A stretch of 63,179 bases of DNA, counting the filler, from Collodictyon triciliatum (lineage: Eukaryota): the NCBI GenBank assembly GCA_043381765.1. It is 19 parts of 19 records of this genome, joined end to end, with 100 filler letters (N's around TTAATTAATTAA, not from the genome) between each part and the next. Parts side by side here need not be neighbours in the genome. Positions count along the whole stretch, not along the records: positions 26,130 to 29,409 come from JBHJMP010007528.1; positions 29,510 to 32,788 come from JBHJMP010007529.1; positions 32,889 to 36,167 come from JBHJMP010007530.1; positions 36,268 to 39,545 come from JBHJMP010007531.1; positions 39,646 to 42,925 come from JBHJMP010007532.1; 14 more parts are not named here. One strand, written 5' to 3'. Shown here piece after piece: positions 26,245-40,004 of this stretch (position 1 is its first letter; the number at the start of each line of letters is the position of its first letter). Made by a program: the position numbers and the translations under genes. The notes under the pieces are model-generated. The model was not told the DNA's origin. It did no database searches and saw only the letters and a list, made by a program, of their open reading frames with translations.

Positions 26245-29234
26245 AACCTCTTTGCAAGCCCTTCTATCCACATGGTCACGTATGGTTAAAAAAGGCATGG
26301 CATCATAAATGACATGATTTTTTTTTGTAAGGTATTAAAAAAATGGATAAATAGATGTCGAGAACAAGATCAGTGGCATATCAAACGAAATTCCATTGAA
26401 TCACAAAAATTAATTAGACTACGAATGACAGGTGTTAGTTTGTTGGTAATATTACCTCCGCTTTCATGCGCTATTTGAATAATGCTTCCACTTGAGAATG
26501 GACTGACAGAATCTTTTGGCGTCGATGCTTCTTGCACATACTTTCGAAAATCAGAAAGAATCAAAGATGGAGCCATTCTAAATATTTTGAAAATCTCAAT
26601 TCGTTTCCATTCTCTGAAAAATATATAGGCATATATGGTTGAAGAAGGGTTCTAGTCATCGAGTGCACAAAAGTTATTCTTTCGTCATAAAGATTGCAAA
26701 AATAAAATAAAAATAAAATTAGTACGGTTCTTGAAGTTTTTCTCCTTTCCAGTTTACTTGATGAATGGATAAGGACTTTAGAGGAGAATTGGAATGGATG
26801 ACCGGTTTTACGCTATTTAATTTTAAATTAGCTTTCTTTTTCCTTTTTATTGAAAAAATGGCACCCAATTTTTTTCATCCTAATTAAGCCGATAAAATCT
26901 TTGTTTACAATAAGACCATCATTCTTAAATGCGACACGGAATGTGAACCCACAATCCAACGAAATCAAGTCAAATCAACGAAATCAAATCAAATCAAATC
27001 AAATCAAATCAAATCAAATCAAATCAAATCAAATCAAATCAAATCAAATCAAATCAAATCAAATCAAATCAAATCAAATCAAATCAAATCAAATCAAATC
27101 AAATTAAATCAAATTAAATCAAATTACAAAATTTTAGTTAGAGAGCGGGCTTGCAGTTCTTCCATTAAAATAGATGGGATGCATATATGGCCGGTAATCA
27201 CATCTTCAGATGCATTCACTCGAGCATACGTGTAAGTCTTAACGGAAAAAAAATACGTCACTACTATTTCTTTTGATAAATAATTACTTCAATCAGAGTT
27301 TCGTTTATCAATATTAAATTAATTAGGGGAATACCACATCAGGGGTCAGTCATCTTACAATAAACTACGGATTTGCTATAATTTCGATCAGATTTAAGGT
27401 AGTACCTTAAAGCTGCTCAAGCGAACATCTGATTCGACACTTCTGGTTGTTTGTTGTACTTGATTATGCTAGTAGAAATTGCATTGACATTTAACTCGAT
27501 TTGTTTCATCTGTTACACTTAGCATGATCGAATTATATTTTCTTCTAGTTCCTTGACTTGCGAAGAGGACCAAGAAAATTATTTTAGTCATATGAAACTG
27601 AGCATTACAAGTTGGGTAAGAACTTGGGTCATAGAACCAGAGGAAGTATTTCCTTGAATTTGCTCACGCATTTGTTGGCTGGGTCCTTATGACATAAAAA
27701 AAAAATTGATATCAGATATCACGAACAGTTGTAATCAAATAGAAACTTGAATGGAAATTAAAATTTGCAACAAAAAAATATTTTCAGCTATTTTATTTTG
27801 TAAAAACCTTGTGTATGCATTTGTTGAGGATGAGCGTAGAATGATTCAGAGCGAGCCTTCTTCTCGTTTTCTCCAGTGAATATAACGACAATACACCCTA
27901 GATAACACAGAGAAGCATATATATCTTATAATTCATCCATATATAATCATGGTTTATTTGGTAAATGAATAATGCTGAATATTTTGTGGTGATATGTGAT
28001 TTTAAGATGATTGTGATGATAAACCTTCCTCCCATCCAAAATTCTTTAAGTTTGAAGGGTGAATCAGAACATGTCCGCAGACACAATTTATCTCGCCACT
28101 GCAAAAAGTTGATAAATTAGCATATAAATAAAACAGAACTATGGCCAAACGAAAAAACATCAGTGAGATTTTTTGGTTGATATACATATTTGTTTAACTT
28201 CTGGTATATTTTCGACTTTAGAATAAATAAGAGCATATATTACGAATTCTCTTGTATTCGAAGGGCTCTTTTTATAGGTCCATTTTTGCTGGCCCTCGTA
28301 GAATTGGACTCACCTAGATTGCGTATATAATTAATGGAGCCCATTATGTTTGGCACAAACAGGAACAAAATTATGTTTTAAAATAAATAAATTTATATAA
28401 ATAATGTGATCTGAATGTGTCAAGCATTAATACAGTTGTATAATATAGGTGGTGCCAATTCAATTACTTTTCTTGTGTTGATGACGTAGTTTGGGGGCTA
28501 TTAGCACTTCTGTATCCGGTTGCAGACGGACACATGGCGTTGGTCGACATGTTACTGATATGGGATATATTTACTTTATTTCACATGGATAACTTACTTT
28601 TGACAGGGAAATTTAAAAAATTTAAATATATATATAAATTAATTAACATAAATCGATGACATAAAATACAGAATAATACATTAATATATTAGCGCTTACC
28701 AACTTTAACCAACAATAGGGTATTGTGGCGTATCCATATGGGTAGTGTAAGTCCTTCGTATACAGCACACGCAATATTCAGAATGTGATCTTCAAGATAG
28801 GAACCATGTCTTTCCTTTATAAATATTTATTTTTTATCTTGTGAAAATATTTACATTATATTATGATCATTACTACGTGCTTTTGGCAATATTATTGACG
28901 AAATTTACACATACAAGAATTTCCCAATCATCGCTTGTAAGAGGCTCAACAAAAACTTGCTCTGCTGGAGGAACATTCGGCAGATGGATAAGAGATACCT
29001 TTCAATCATTTGGCAATTAAAAAAAAAGGTTTTGAGTTGATAAAACTACATTCAATTTTAGGATGTGAATCATACTTCTTGTCCTTGATGTAGTCCAAGA
29101 AGTTCTCCAAACTTAACGGGGATATTGATAAACCCAGGGATTCCAGTTATCTCACCAGACCAGCTTACACATGCTTTGTGAATGCCACGCGCATCAATCC
29201 ATGAAAGCTCCCACGCATGTTGACTGGGCGGAAT
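26245..29234 (-). CDS. PEX1: Peroxisome biogenesis AAA-ATPase PEX1, N-terminal region (fragment; 3' boundary approximate)
   Basis: VSWSGEITGIPGFINIPVKFGELLGLHQGQE | VSLIHLPNVPPAEQVFVEPLTSDDWEIL | ...LEDHILN..AVYEGLTLPIWIRHNT | VRLQPDTEVLIAPKLR match PEX1 N-domain signatures (VEPLTxDDWEIL; EVxIAPKxR). Confidence 0.87.
26984..27125. repeat. (AAATC)n intronic microsatellite
   Basis: Directly visible. Confidence 0.95.
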
Positions 29235-29342
29235 CTGTGAGAATAATAATAAGAATAATAATAATAAGAATAATAATAAGAATAAGAATAAGAATAAGAA
29301 TAATAATAATAAGAATAAGAATAAGAATAAGAATAAGAATAA

Positions 29343-29409
<67 letters not shown>

Positions 29410-30042
29410 NNNNNNNNNNNNNNNNNNNNNNNNNNNNNNNNNNNNNNNNNNNNTTAATTAATTAANNNNNNNNNNNNNNNNNNNNNNNNNNNNNNNNNNN
29501 NNNNNNNNNTTTTTTTTTTTTTTTTTTTTTTTGTTTTTTTTTTTTTTTGTTTTTTTGTTTTTTTGTTTTTTTGTTTTTTTGTTTTTTTGTTTTTTTGCTT
29601 TTTTGTTTTTTGTCTATTTTTTCTGTTTGTTCTATTTGTTCTGTTTGTTCTATTTGTTGCGCTAATAACAATAACCGTAAAAGTTCTTCTCTTCTGAGGA
29701 GACATTCTGGCTGATATACTTTATCATAGCGGCTCATGTCCGTTCATCTCGTGGGATAAACAGAAAGAAACGAAACCTCCAGGGACAAAAGGGTGTATGG
29801 GTAAGAGTGAGATTATTGAAGAGGAGATTGAGAATCAATCAGGATGGCAATATGAGTTGCGATATCGCCGATACTCATTGGGCCATCAAAGAGCGCTCGT
29901 ATACTGTGGGATATGAGCATGTTTGGCATAACGAATAAAAGACTATGTCTACTATTCATATGACTCTGTGGATGAATATACCTCGCATCCTCTTCTCTTG
30001 CGCCGCAGCACGCACCACTCCGCCCATTACAACGCCGCTTTC

Positions 30043-32541
30043 TTATAAGGATTGAATCACGGCATCAACGAATTCGGTTGTCGACGAGTTTCCGCCAATG
30101 TCGCGTGTGCGAATCTATGGAACCAGACATTGGAGAAAATAGTTATGATATATGGTCCACACGAATGGCGGAGAGATGTAAAAAAAAAAAAAAATCGCAG
30201 CACGAAGTTTGTTGATAAAACATGTCAAAGCAAAACATATTCAAACTTGTCCTTTTTCCAAGATGTGGCCCACAGCACGCTCGATGCGGGAGGCTTGGGA
30301 CGACAAATTCAAGTGGCGAAGAAGGACAGCACCCGACAGGAGAATGCCAACAGGGTTTGCGAGATTCTTTCCAGCAATGTCGCTGCCAACGTGATGTGTT
30401 CCCTGCCATAATCCATAGAATTAATTAGAGCTTCCCTTTGTATTTGAGAAAAGCTAACGCCATAGTACGATTTACATATAGAGAGAGAGGAATGCGTAAT
30501 AATACCAAACGATAAAAACGTTTCCTACGATGAAGGTGTCAGTATTGTGAAGGAAAGAGCGTGTACCTGCTCAAAGACAACACCATTTTCGCCAGCCAGC
30601 CAGCCAGGGCAGATACCCGGACCGCCAACAAGCGAGGCACTGATGTTGCCGATGATGTTACCGTACATGTTTGGCATGACAAGGACATCGAATTTATTGG
30701 GGTTGCTGAGGAGCTAAAGAAGGAATTTGAGATGATAGAGTATAAATAAAACAAAGCATAGGAAAAGAATGTCTCAGCTAGGGGGATATTTCGAATGAAA
30801 GAAGAAAAGACACCTGAGATAATATTCTTCTGTAAAATCTAAACAGTTGTATTTCGGAAGAATACAGCGTACCTGCATGGAACAGTTGTCCACAATCATA
30901 TCGTCGAACTTGATGGTGGGGTACTCTGCAGCAATTTCGCGGAACGTATTCAGAAACATACCATCGCACATTTTCCTATATCAGTGAGTAATGTTGGTCG
31001 TAGAGTGGAAGATATATATATATAAAGAATATCAAACATCAAAATACGTTCTTCCAATATGGAAAGAACGTGAAATTTTATTATTAACCGTATGAATATG
31101 TTGCCCACATGATGTTGGCCTTGTGAACTGCAGTGACTTTCTTTCTGCCGGTGCGAAGGGCAAAATCAAAGGCGTAGCGGATGATGCGGCTACAAGCTTT
31201 CTTTGTAGAAATATTCAAGCTTTCGACAACGCCAGGGACGAGCTTATTGTACGAAGTTTAAGTGTTAGGAATATAGTATCAAGACGGGAAAATAATGGTG
31301 CTCGTAGGTATTGCGATGGGAGAAAAAAAAGTGAACTTGATGTTAAAAATTGGCAAGGTCTATATTATGGATGGTTGTTGGAATCATTACTTCATGCTCC
31401 AGACCCAAATGAAGGCCTTCTGTATATTCACGGATAATTACGATGTCTACATCACTATGTCTGGTCTTCACGCCAGGTAGTGATTGGCAATGGCTGACAT
31501 ATGCAAAGAGGTCAAATTTGTTTGCAAGAGCAAAATCGATAGATTTGTGCCCAGAGAACGAAGGAGCGTAGAAAGGCCCTAAGACACAACGAAAGAAAAA
31601 AAAAAGATAGAATTTGAATGGAAGCCCCCAAACTGAACACAGCTAGTTTGTTGGTGCGATTGGCACTTAGATTCAACTATCTCTTGATATTAATAGGTAC
31701 AGATAGATTGACAGAAAAATGAGGGAAAGGAGTCAATGAATAACCTTTAAGCATGACTTTATTGCGGCGGAAGGATGTGACAATTGGTGATGGAATGATA
31801 GTGTTGGCCATGCTAACCAGCTGGGAAGTGAGATCAAGTCTCTCCCAGACAACAGGAGCATCAACAGCTTGTAATGTCTTGTTTTAAATATCAAATGCAT
31901 TTTTTAAAAAATAAAATAAAATGAATAATCATTAGAATAGATACTGTTTTTATAGACTCAGCAGGATGAGATATCACATCATGATGTTTGAAAATAAGAT
32001 GAATTACTGAAGGTATTGTGAAGAATGAGATTCTTTAAAAATAAGGAAAAGCATACACGAACAACGCTCTCAGTAAGTTCAGGACCGATACCGTCTCCAG
32101 CAACCAGCGTGACTGGGATGTTTGAAGCAAAGGAGGAGTGTGTTGAGGTCATTACGCGGGGTGGCTCAATGGCAGAACGAGCTTCAAGCTATGAAGTCGA
32201 TAAATAGTTAACCAACTCACCAGGCACAATGCTTCGAACATGAACAGTTGATTCCTAACCAACCACAAGGATAAGCCCAAGTAAAGAATAAGTATTTTTA
32301 TACAAGAAAATAGTTAGAATTAGAAAAGCTGCATTAGGACAATTCTGATTGAACGTTCACAACAATATATCGAGATGTTTTCTTTCGCTATTCATGGCCT
32401 AAAGTCAGAATAAGAACTAATTGTTCGAGAATCAACAGAATCACAAACCCCACATGCCTGGACAGAGGTGCCAAAGCCGCGCGAGGCGGCAGCAGCAGAG
32501 CGAAGTTGGACTGATCGGATGCTGCGGACAAGAACGTTCAT
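30043..32541 (-). CDS. Mitochondrial NAD-dependent isocitrate dehydrogenase, regulatory (IDH3 beta/gamma-type) subunit; complete, multi-exon
   Basis: R/S/A-rich presequence [76 protein letters not shown] and [22 protein letters not shown] has Asn where catalytic subunits have the DxxxD metal ligands. Confidence 0.93.
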
Positions 32542-32707
32542 TTCTGGAGTGCTGCCAGAAAATGATTGAAAAAGAAAGTTGAGTCGATCCAATACCTTGC
32601 TATCTAGTAATCCTGCAAAGTCCACATCCCTTCTGCCTTCGTATGGTTGGTTTCTTATTGTTTTTGGTTTTTGGTTTTTTGTGTTCTTGTTTTTTTTTGT
32701 TTTTTTT

Positions 32708-32788
<81 letters not shown>

Positions 32789-32888
32789 NNNNNNNNNNNN
32801 NNNNNNNNNNNNNNNNNNNNNNNNNNNNNNNNTTAATTAATTAANNNNNNNNNNNNNNNNNNNNNNNNNNNNNNNNNNNNNNNNNNNN

Positions 32889-33300
32889 TGGAATCTTTTC
32901 CAAGAGGCGATTATGGACTTGATATTGTTGACCAGCTTGTCCCACTTTTCTGTGCAGCCGCTCCCAAACATTATACCCAGGTATCTGAGTGCGTGGTTTG
33001 GGTATTTCCAGTCGATGTTTTCTGGTAGGATTCCACCATCCTGTAGGCCGAATAGGATACCGTCTGTTTTGTTAAGGTTGATTTTACCTCCAACTGCAAG
33101 TGTGTATTCTTGCATACACTTATTTGCCAGGATAGCGCCTTCAGGGGAGCGTAGAATGAAGGCTGTATCGTCGGCATATTGCAGGAGGTATTGGTTGCGG
33201 ATTTTGTTGTTTCTGAAGTGGATTGCAAGGCAGTCGGCGACAAAGCTAAAGAGAAGCGGCACTAGAGGGCAGCCTTGGTAGACGCCGCTTTGTTTCTGGA
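32889..33300 (-). mobile_element. 5'-truncated non-LTR retrotransposon reverse transcriptase (L1/Tx1-like)
   Basis: Intronless SGVYQGCPLVPLLF...QYADDTAF...GGKINLNKT...RYLGI covers RT domains 4-7. Upstream domains are absent and the element runs off the contig end. Confidence 0.93.
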
Positions 33301-33737
33301 TTATGTAAATCAAATAGAAAGATAAAGTAAATGTAGCGAATGAGACTCATTGGTACCTTCTTACCAACTTGTTATGGAGATATCGCTATCACCGATGTTT
33401 TCAGTCACGCTGTTCTTATATAACACCCTTAATTTGCTTGCTCTCTGAATGGAAAAATCTGCTCACGCTTAAAAAGCATTATAAGAGTAAATTGGACAAA
33501 TATACAAAATCCACCTGTGGCAGACTCATTCAATTAAACATCAATCATAAGTAAACACAACATGTCCTTTTTCTATGTAGATATTTATAGATTTTTTTTT
33601 ATAAAATTCAGAAATTGACTAAATGAAATATAATATACGAGAAATTTATTTCATTTGAAAAGAAAGTTTAAGAATAGAATCCATGGTTTAGCGGTATGGG
33701 ATAGCCATGTGGTGTTCGTTGGTATTTTGCTTTTGAA

Positions 33738-35804
33738 TCACGGCGCTTCAGCAAAAGTGTCTGTAATTAGGCGGATTATAACTCCGATAATTTGTGAGGA
33801 GCCTAAGGTAATCACGAAGTAGAGGTAGGCCACCGGCAAGGGTATTGTATTTAGCTCCAAGATGAAGGTTGATATTGTGGAAAGAGAACCTGAGCAGAGT
33901 ACAAACATTAGTAAAAGTCGAGATACGGAAATGTTGCATTTCATCCCACAGCTTCAAATCCATAAAATTTATCAAATGATACAAAGGGTTTAAATACAAC
34001 ACAAATTAATGATTTAAATAAATGCCATGATATCAATATATACTCAATATTAAGTATATATTGATAACATGGCAAATATATCATGTATTAATGGATTTTT
34101 TTTAAAAAAAACCGCAGTATCCAACTCGTATCCCCACCAGAAGGTTTTGGACAACCTTACTGGAGAACATTAAACTTATCATAATTATACTCTTCAAAAT
34201 TAATTATCAAAAACAATTACAAATAGATGACGAAAATTTAAAAATTGCAAAAGAATCGTACCTTGCACTTGTGGTATTAGCCTCGATAATCCTGCGTAAA
34301 ATAAATTAGAGACATGAATTTGTATGGCATAACCTGGCTGCTCTTTGAATCAAATAAAGGGGGGGGGGGATTATGGACATGATTTTCGACAAAATAGTGC
34401 AAATATACATATATCAGTAACAATGTGTGTTTTTATATAAACATTATATTGTGAGCAATACTCTAAATTACTTGACAATCATGGCTAATATAGTTGCACT
34501 TAGATTTGCCACAAGCGTTTGGGCTGGAATATCGTCTCTGGGCTGAATAGTTTGAGCCATACCAAAACGTGTCATAGCACCTTTTTTTTTAAAAAAAAAA
34601 CACACACATACAAAAAAATTTTCATTCACAGTTTACTCGTGCAACATATTATTACAGAAACATAAAATGAAGAGTTAATTTTACCAAAAGGAGCTAGTAG
34701 AGCAGAAAACCACCAATCTCCATTCTCTTGATTGAATACCAGCAATATGGCAAGAATTATTGTCGGTAAAATCAAAGGGAAAGTCATGGTAAACACATCG
34801 AGGAATAGGAGCTTTCCGAGACTTTTATAGTGCATTATGTATTTTTTTTAAAAAAAAAATCAAAACATTCATATCGACTGCCATTAAAAAATATTAATAA
34901 CTGTGTTGAACCAAATCAAAACGGGACATTTAATCAAAAAAAAAAGTAATTAAAAAGCATCAAGCAAACCAAGAAACGAAAAAAAAAATGAAATAAGACC
35001 ATCATTTACCTTTTCAGAATATTAAAACCCGGCTGAGCCAAACTTTCTGCATCGGCCTGAATCTGAATTTTTTCATCAGCATGTTGAAATATCCCATCTT
35101 CCGGTGATGAAACGTCAACTGGCAAGTCCTATCCAGCTTAACATGTCAGGATTATCACTCTCAAATACTTATGGATTTTATTTAATAAATATAAAGACTT
35201 TGTTAACTGTATCAATCGGAAGACGGTCCGCTACTGCTTCATGAGTACTTGCAACATCAAATTTGGGATCCAATCGCTCGTCATCAATTACTTTTTGAAC
35301 AAACGTCTTCGCACTTTCCATTTTACCTTCAACATCCATAAGACCTTTAAACTTGTTGAGGAGGTTCTTTGGAGAAAAAAATTGGAATGTCATGGCGACG
35401 TGCGTCCCCAAATTAAACGAAGCATTCATGGCAGCAAACGGAACAAAAATATTGAGAAGATAATCAAAGACCTACAACGGAGTCGTGTTTATCGAAATGT
35501 ATATAAGTTTGAATGCTTTTTCTTCACATCATTGAAAAAAATATATGCTGTATTGTACCATTGCAGGCGAGATGGATAAGTAATTCTATTCTGGTAAAAT
35601 GAGCTTATGATGGAATCAATACAGATTATGTAATAATATGAATTGCCTGTGTTTCATTCAATATGTCGTTCGAGAGATCGACTTGCCATGACGAAAATGT
35701 TGTGAGAACCCCGCAAAATCCTACACTTAGACTAGTGTAGATGAACGGGACATACTTTTTCCAAGTCTCTTTCTCGTAGGATAACAGCCCAATAGCAGCA
35801 CATC
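33738..35804 (-). CDS. FEX: FEX-type fluoride exporter (two fused CrcB/Fluc domains); 5' end missing
   Basis: Domain 1: LSVGFCGVLTTFSSW. Domain 2: ALLAPFG|AMTRF...TLVANL...CSGSLSTISTFILEL..AYLYFVIT. TGA at 33738. Confidence 0.88.
34319..34360 (+). repeat. Dispersed short repeat, copy in a FEX intron
   Basis: TTTGTATGGCATAACCTGGCTGCTCTTTGAATCAAATAAAGG is 39/42 identical to 54360-54401 on an unrelated contig. Confidence 0.85.
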
Positions 35805-35866
35805 CTATTTGAATGAATTCAATCCGGTTGAACCCCATGATACAAGAAATAGCATCTCAAGCCCCC

Positions 35867-35868
<2 letters not shown>

Positions 35869-35962
<94 letters not shown>
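35869..35962. repeat. (CT)n microsatellite
   Basis: Directly visible. Confidence 0.95.
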
Positions 35963-35965
<3 letters not shown>

Positions 35966-36267
35966 TTTCTTCTTTTCTTCTTTTCTTCTTTGCTCCTTTT
36001 TTTTCTTTTCTTCTTTTTCTTGTTTTTCTTCTTTTTCTTATTTTTCTTCTTTTTCTTATTTTTCTTCTTTTTCTTATTTTTCTTCTTCTTTTCTTCTTCT
36101 TTTCTTCTTCTTTTCTTCTTCTTTTCTTCTTCTTTTCTTCTTTTTTTTTTCTTTTTTTTTTTTTTTTNNNNNNNNNNNNNNNNNNNNNNNNNNNNNNNNN
36201 NNNNNNNNNNNTTAATTAATTAANNNNNNNNNNNNNNNNNNNNNNNNNNNNNNNNNNNNNNNNNNNN

Positions 36268-37045
36268 CGTTGTTGTTCGTAGTGACCATCACGTTCAAGT
36301 TCTAAATGAGGATTTGAGCTTTTCCTGCACGGTTGGCACGAATGGCTCAGGCCAATTCAGCAATCCAATCGGAATCGCCATTTCGCATGATGGATGCATC
36401 GCTGTTTGTGACTCTTCTAATCATCGTGTACAAATCTTTGATGATAACTTCAAGATGATTAAGACAATCCAATCGGGTCGCAAAAGAAGCGCACAAAGCA
36501 CAGAATCCAGTGACTTTGGCGGATTCTCCAATCCGTTTAATGCATGCTTTGACAGTGAAGGCAATCTTTATGTCACAAACAATGGCAAGAATCAAGTGGA
36601 CAAGTTCAACCGTGTGTTTGAGTACGAACGCTCGTTTGCGAGAGCATCCTCTGGCGATTAAGGAATCGCATCCTCGGAGGGCATTTGCGTGACTGAAAAG
36701 AGCAAAGTCTGTGTGATTGGACGCGGCGGTGACAAAATCAATATTTATTATGTGATGGGGAGATTTCTGCGCACTGTCAGAATCAATAATGTGCCGGGTC
36801 GTGTTTCGATTGCAGAAGGTCCGAACAACACAATTGTAGTGAGTGAACATGGATATTATCACATCCGCGTTTATGACACGACAAGAGACGATGTCGTTGT
36901 TCACACGTTTGGCACATCGTCGCAGTCTTCATCAATTCATGGACAATTTTACAGTCCGATGGGAGTCTGCTTTGGACCGAATCAGAAACTCTATGTTTGC
37001 GACTATTATAATCACCGCATCCAAATGTTTGGCAAAAGCGAATGA
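36268..37045 (+). pseudogene. Intronless NHL-repeat beta-propeller ORF interrupted by one in-frame TAA (36659-36661)
   Basis: GSGQFSNPIGIAI..G.IAVCDSSNHRVQIFD, FSNPFNACFDSEGNLYV and GQFYSPMGVCFGPNQKLYVCDYYNHRIQMF. ORFs 36314-36661 and 36689-37045 share one frame (RASSGD*GIASSEGICVTEK). Confidence 0.75.
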
Positions 37046-40004
37046 GAATACGATTGGAGAGAATGACGGAGAAAAATCCTCAAAGGAGGATAAAAAGGCA
37101 GAATGAGAAAAGTTTGATTGAATAAAAACTAAACAGATTAATCGCAGCTATTTGTGTGTATTTATGAAAATGCCGAATAGTAAAAATGGATGTGAATATT
37201 TTATGTGATTATTTGATTGTATCATTTTGCAATAAATCCCAGGATGATTACGCGCAATAACTCGGCATCATTCATCCTCCTTCATAGTCAATCTCGCTTC
37301 GAGGAACTGATTCTCCATCAATCATTCAAACATGATAAACTGCGATAAAGGTAATGCGGCCCACCAAACACCTCTTGAAAAGCAAAGACTGCGTTGTACA
37401 CCTTCGAGATAAGTCATAACCAGTTTTCTGCTCTACTAATCTCTGGGAAGGAAAAAAAAAGCAGCGAACCGCGGAATGATGGAAGTCCGAAGCTACTGTC
37501 GAAAGGATGTGACTCTTTTATCGGTGAATCCTTATTCCAACCTCGGACTCTCATATCAACAGAAGAAAAATGGAGAAGAAATGAAGCTGTTTTTATAAAG
37601 ACTGTGCCCTCCTATCTCGCCTATAGTTATATTCATTTGTTAGACATGGCATCAGAAAGCTGCATATTTATTGAACGGCTGAGTTTGGACAGAGCTTCAA
37701 GATGTATTGTATCCCTGTAAAAGGCGTATTCTTTACAATTAAATGCAAGCGAACGAAGCCCTTCTGTAGGGTCATGAGTAACGAAGTCCTTTTTTTTTTT
37801 TTTTAAGGAGGAAGAAAAAGACTCCTTTCTGTTTGAGATTGGCAAAATAACTTTCTTGCAGATATCCCAAATATGCCGACATCCAGACTTTTCATTCCAA
37901 CACAAAACGAGTTCCATCGAACAAGAAACTTATTCGCACCAATAAAGGGAAAGAAAGAAGAAAAAGGGGAAAAAAGAGACCATTCACAAAAAAAATAAAA
38001 AAAAAAAATAATCGCATTTGTAGGATTCTTGCATGACATTCAGTTCCAGTAAACCCACCACCGACTCTAAAACCAATAAAGTGTTGCGGATGACATGGGC
38101 GAATAATCGGGTATTATGACCGAACATGTCGCTTCGCTCAGAACAACCAGTACAAAGAGACGGAATCGGTACCGAACCTCCTTTTTTCGAATAAATCGGG
38201 ATAGCCTTGCAATCATCCAAGATATTGAAGCCTTCTTTTCACACCAACCGGATTTCATCAGCTTGATTATGTGGTGCTGCGATGAATGATACTTTGTAAG
38301 TCTCGCACTTTATCTTTAAAACAGAGTCTGACAATATTAACATAACATGCAGCAATCCAGCCTCGTGGGCTCATTCAGATATGGTCGCTTCCACCAACTT
38401 ATTTCTGCTGGCGTCGTTTGCTTACGAGTCAGACTTAAACTCAACCCGTCTGCTGCTTATCCAATGCACTTCAATCGGTCTATCTTATGGCTCAATCTAT
38501 TGATGTTTTGCCAAGCCAAGAAGGTAGCAAAAGAGAGGAAACTAACTGTAGGGGAAGGCTTTGTGTGAGCGCTTGATTTATTCACTTGTTGGTGACTGAA
38601 AAATAAATTTTATTTCATGAGGAAATGGCGAAATATCTGAAAAATTAATGTCAGAATATGATTTTGAAGGACGGGCGAGGACAGGCAGTTTTCCCAATAA
38701 AAGAAAATAACTTTTCAGTAAGATATAGACACCCTATTAAAATAAAAATAACCGAAAATACATATATCAACCCGAGCATCATCATCTATTAGAACAGTTT
38801 GTCCGCCGTTGGGTACCTTATCGTACATAGACAGAGTTCCCAATCAAAGAGAAGACCTAATCCAGGGAGTTCGATTCTTTAAATTGTAATGCTAATCACA
38901 TTTCTTTGCTTTGAGATTCGTGCAGTTCAGCAAATACAACTCAAAGGAATTTGATAGAATTGTGAAAGTAAATATATATATATGAGTATTACAAATTATT
39001 ATAAAAAAGAATGATGATAGAGAACGTGTCCATTTCTAATAACACGAACTCTTGGGCGTACTGCAACAGAAGTCGAGGTAGGACGTTCTCTATTGTATGG
39101 ACTATGTAGAGCAATATGTAAGAACTGATGACGTGGTCTACAAGATGACGTTGACATATTTGATATTTATCATTACTAGTATTATATTTATAGTTGAAAG
39201 ATGTGCTTCTGGAAACTAAACTAAGTAAAATAAAGAGGCTGTCATTTCATGCTTACTCTTTTTTGGTAGGAGATGCCGGGGGATTTGATAGAATAATTCT
39301 AAATGATTAATGATTAGTGATTAATGAAAATGGCTATTAATTCGCACTATTTTTTCTTAATTATAATACTTCGATGTCTATAAAAAAAATCATATTAAAA
39401 CAAACCCTTTAGCCATTAATGCACTTTTATCTACGCTGTTTGGCCTACCGCTATTTCGAGAATATTTAATGAGGATTTGTTTTGATGGTGTTATTGCCAC
39501 ATCCTTTCAATAGTATTAAGACAGGATAGAAAAAGAAAGCAAATTNNNNNNNNNNNNNNNNNNNNNNNNNNNNNNNNNNNNNNNNNNNNTTAATTAATTA
39601 ANNNNNNNNNNNNNNNNNNNNNNNNNNNNNNNNNNNNNNNNNNNNTTTTTTTTTTTTTTTTTTGTTTTTTTTTTGTTGCATCGTTGCTTTGTTTATTCCA
39701 TCAGAATGCATTTATGCGTTGGTCAGCGAGGGACTTTGTTGATATGCACCCAAGAAATGCACGAGGATTGTTGATGGGCTCGAGTGTCGTATGCTGCGAT
39801 TCACAAAGCAAAGGTGGGCAAAAGAGCCCAGAGAAATAGAGAAAATCCAGAATGAAATATGGAGGGAGAAGAAAGGAAAGAGAGGGAAAGGGGAAGAGAT
39901 GAAGTGACCGCGCAAGATATAATGTCTTTGTTTCAAAACGAATTCCTTTTCCGCGTAAAAATCCGACCCGCGCTTAATCACGGGTATATGAGAGGATACA
40001 ACAT

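Noticed and set aside
36659..36661. TAA reassignment (ciliate-type genetic code)
   Set aside because: Five conserved genes end at TAA at the expected position, and the conserved exons I spliced for the other genes contain no in-frame TAA/TAG.
38040..38410. Degenerate tyrosine-recombinase-like fragments (LLFSNKSG.P; AHSDMVA)
   Set aside because: The motifs fall in different frames with multiple stops; too weak to call without an HMM search.
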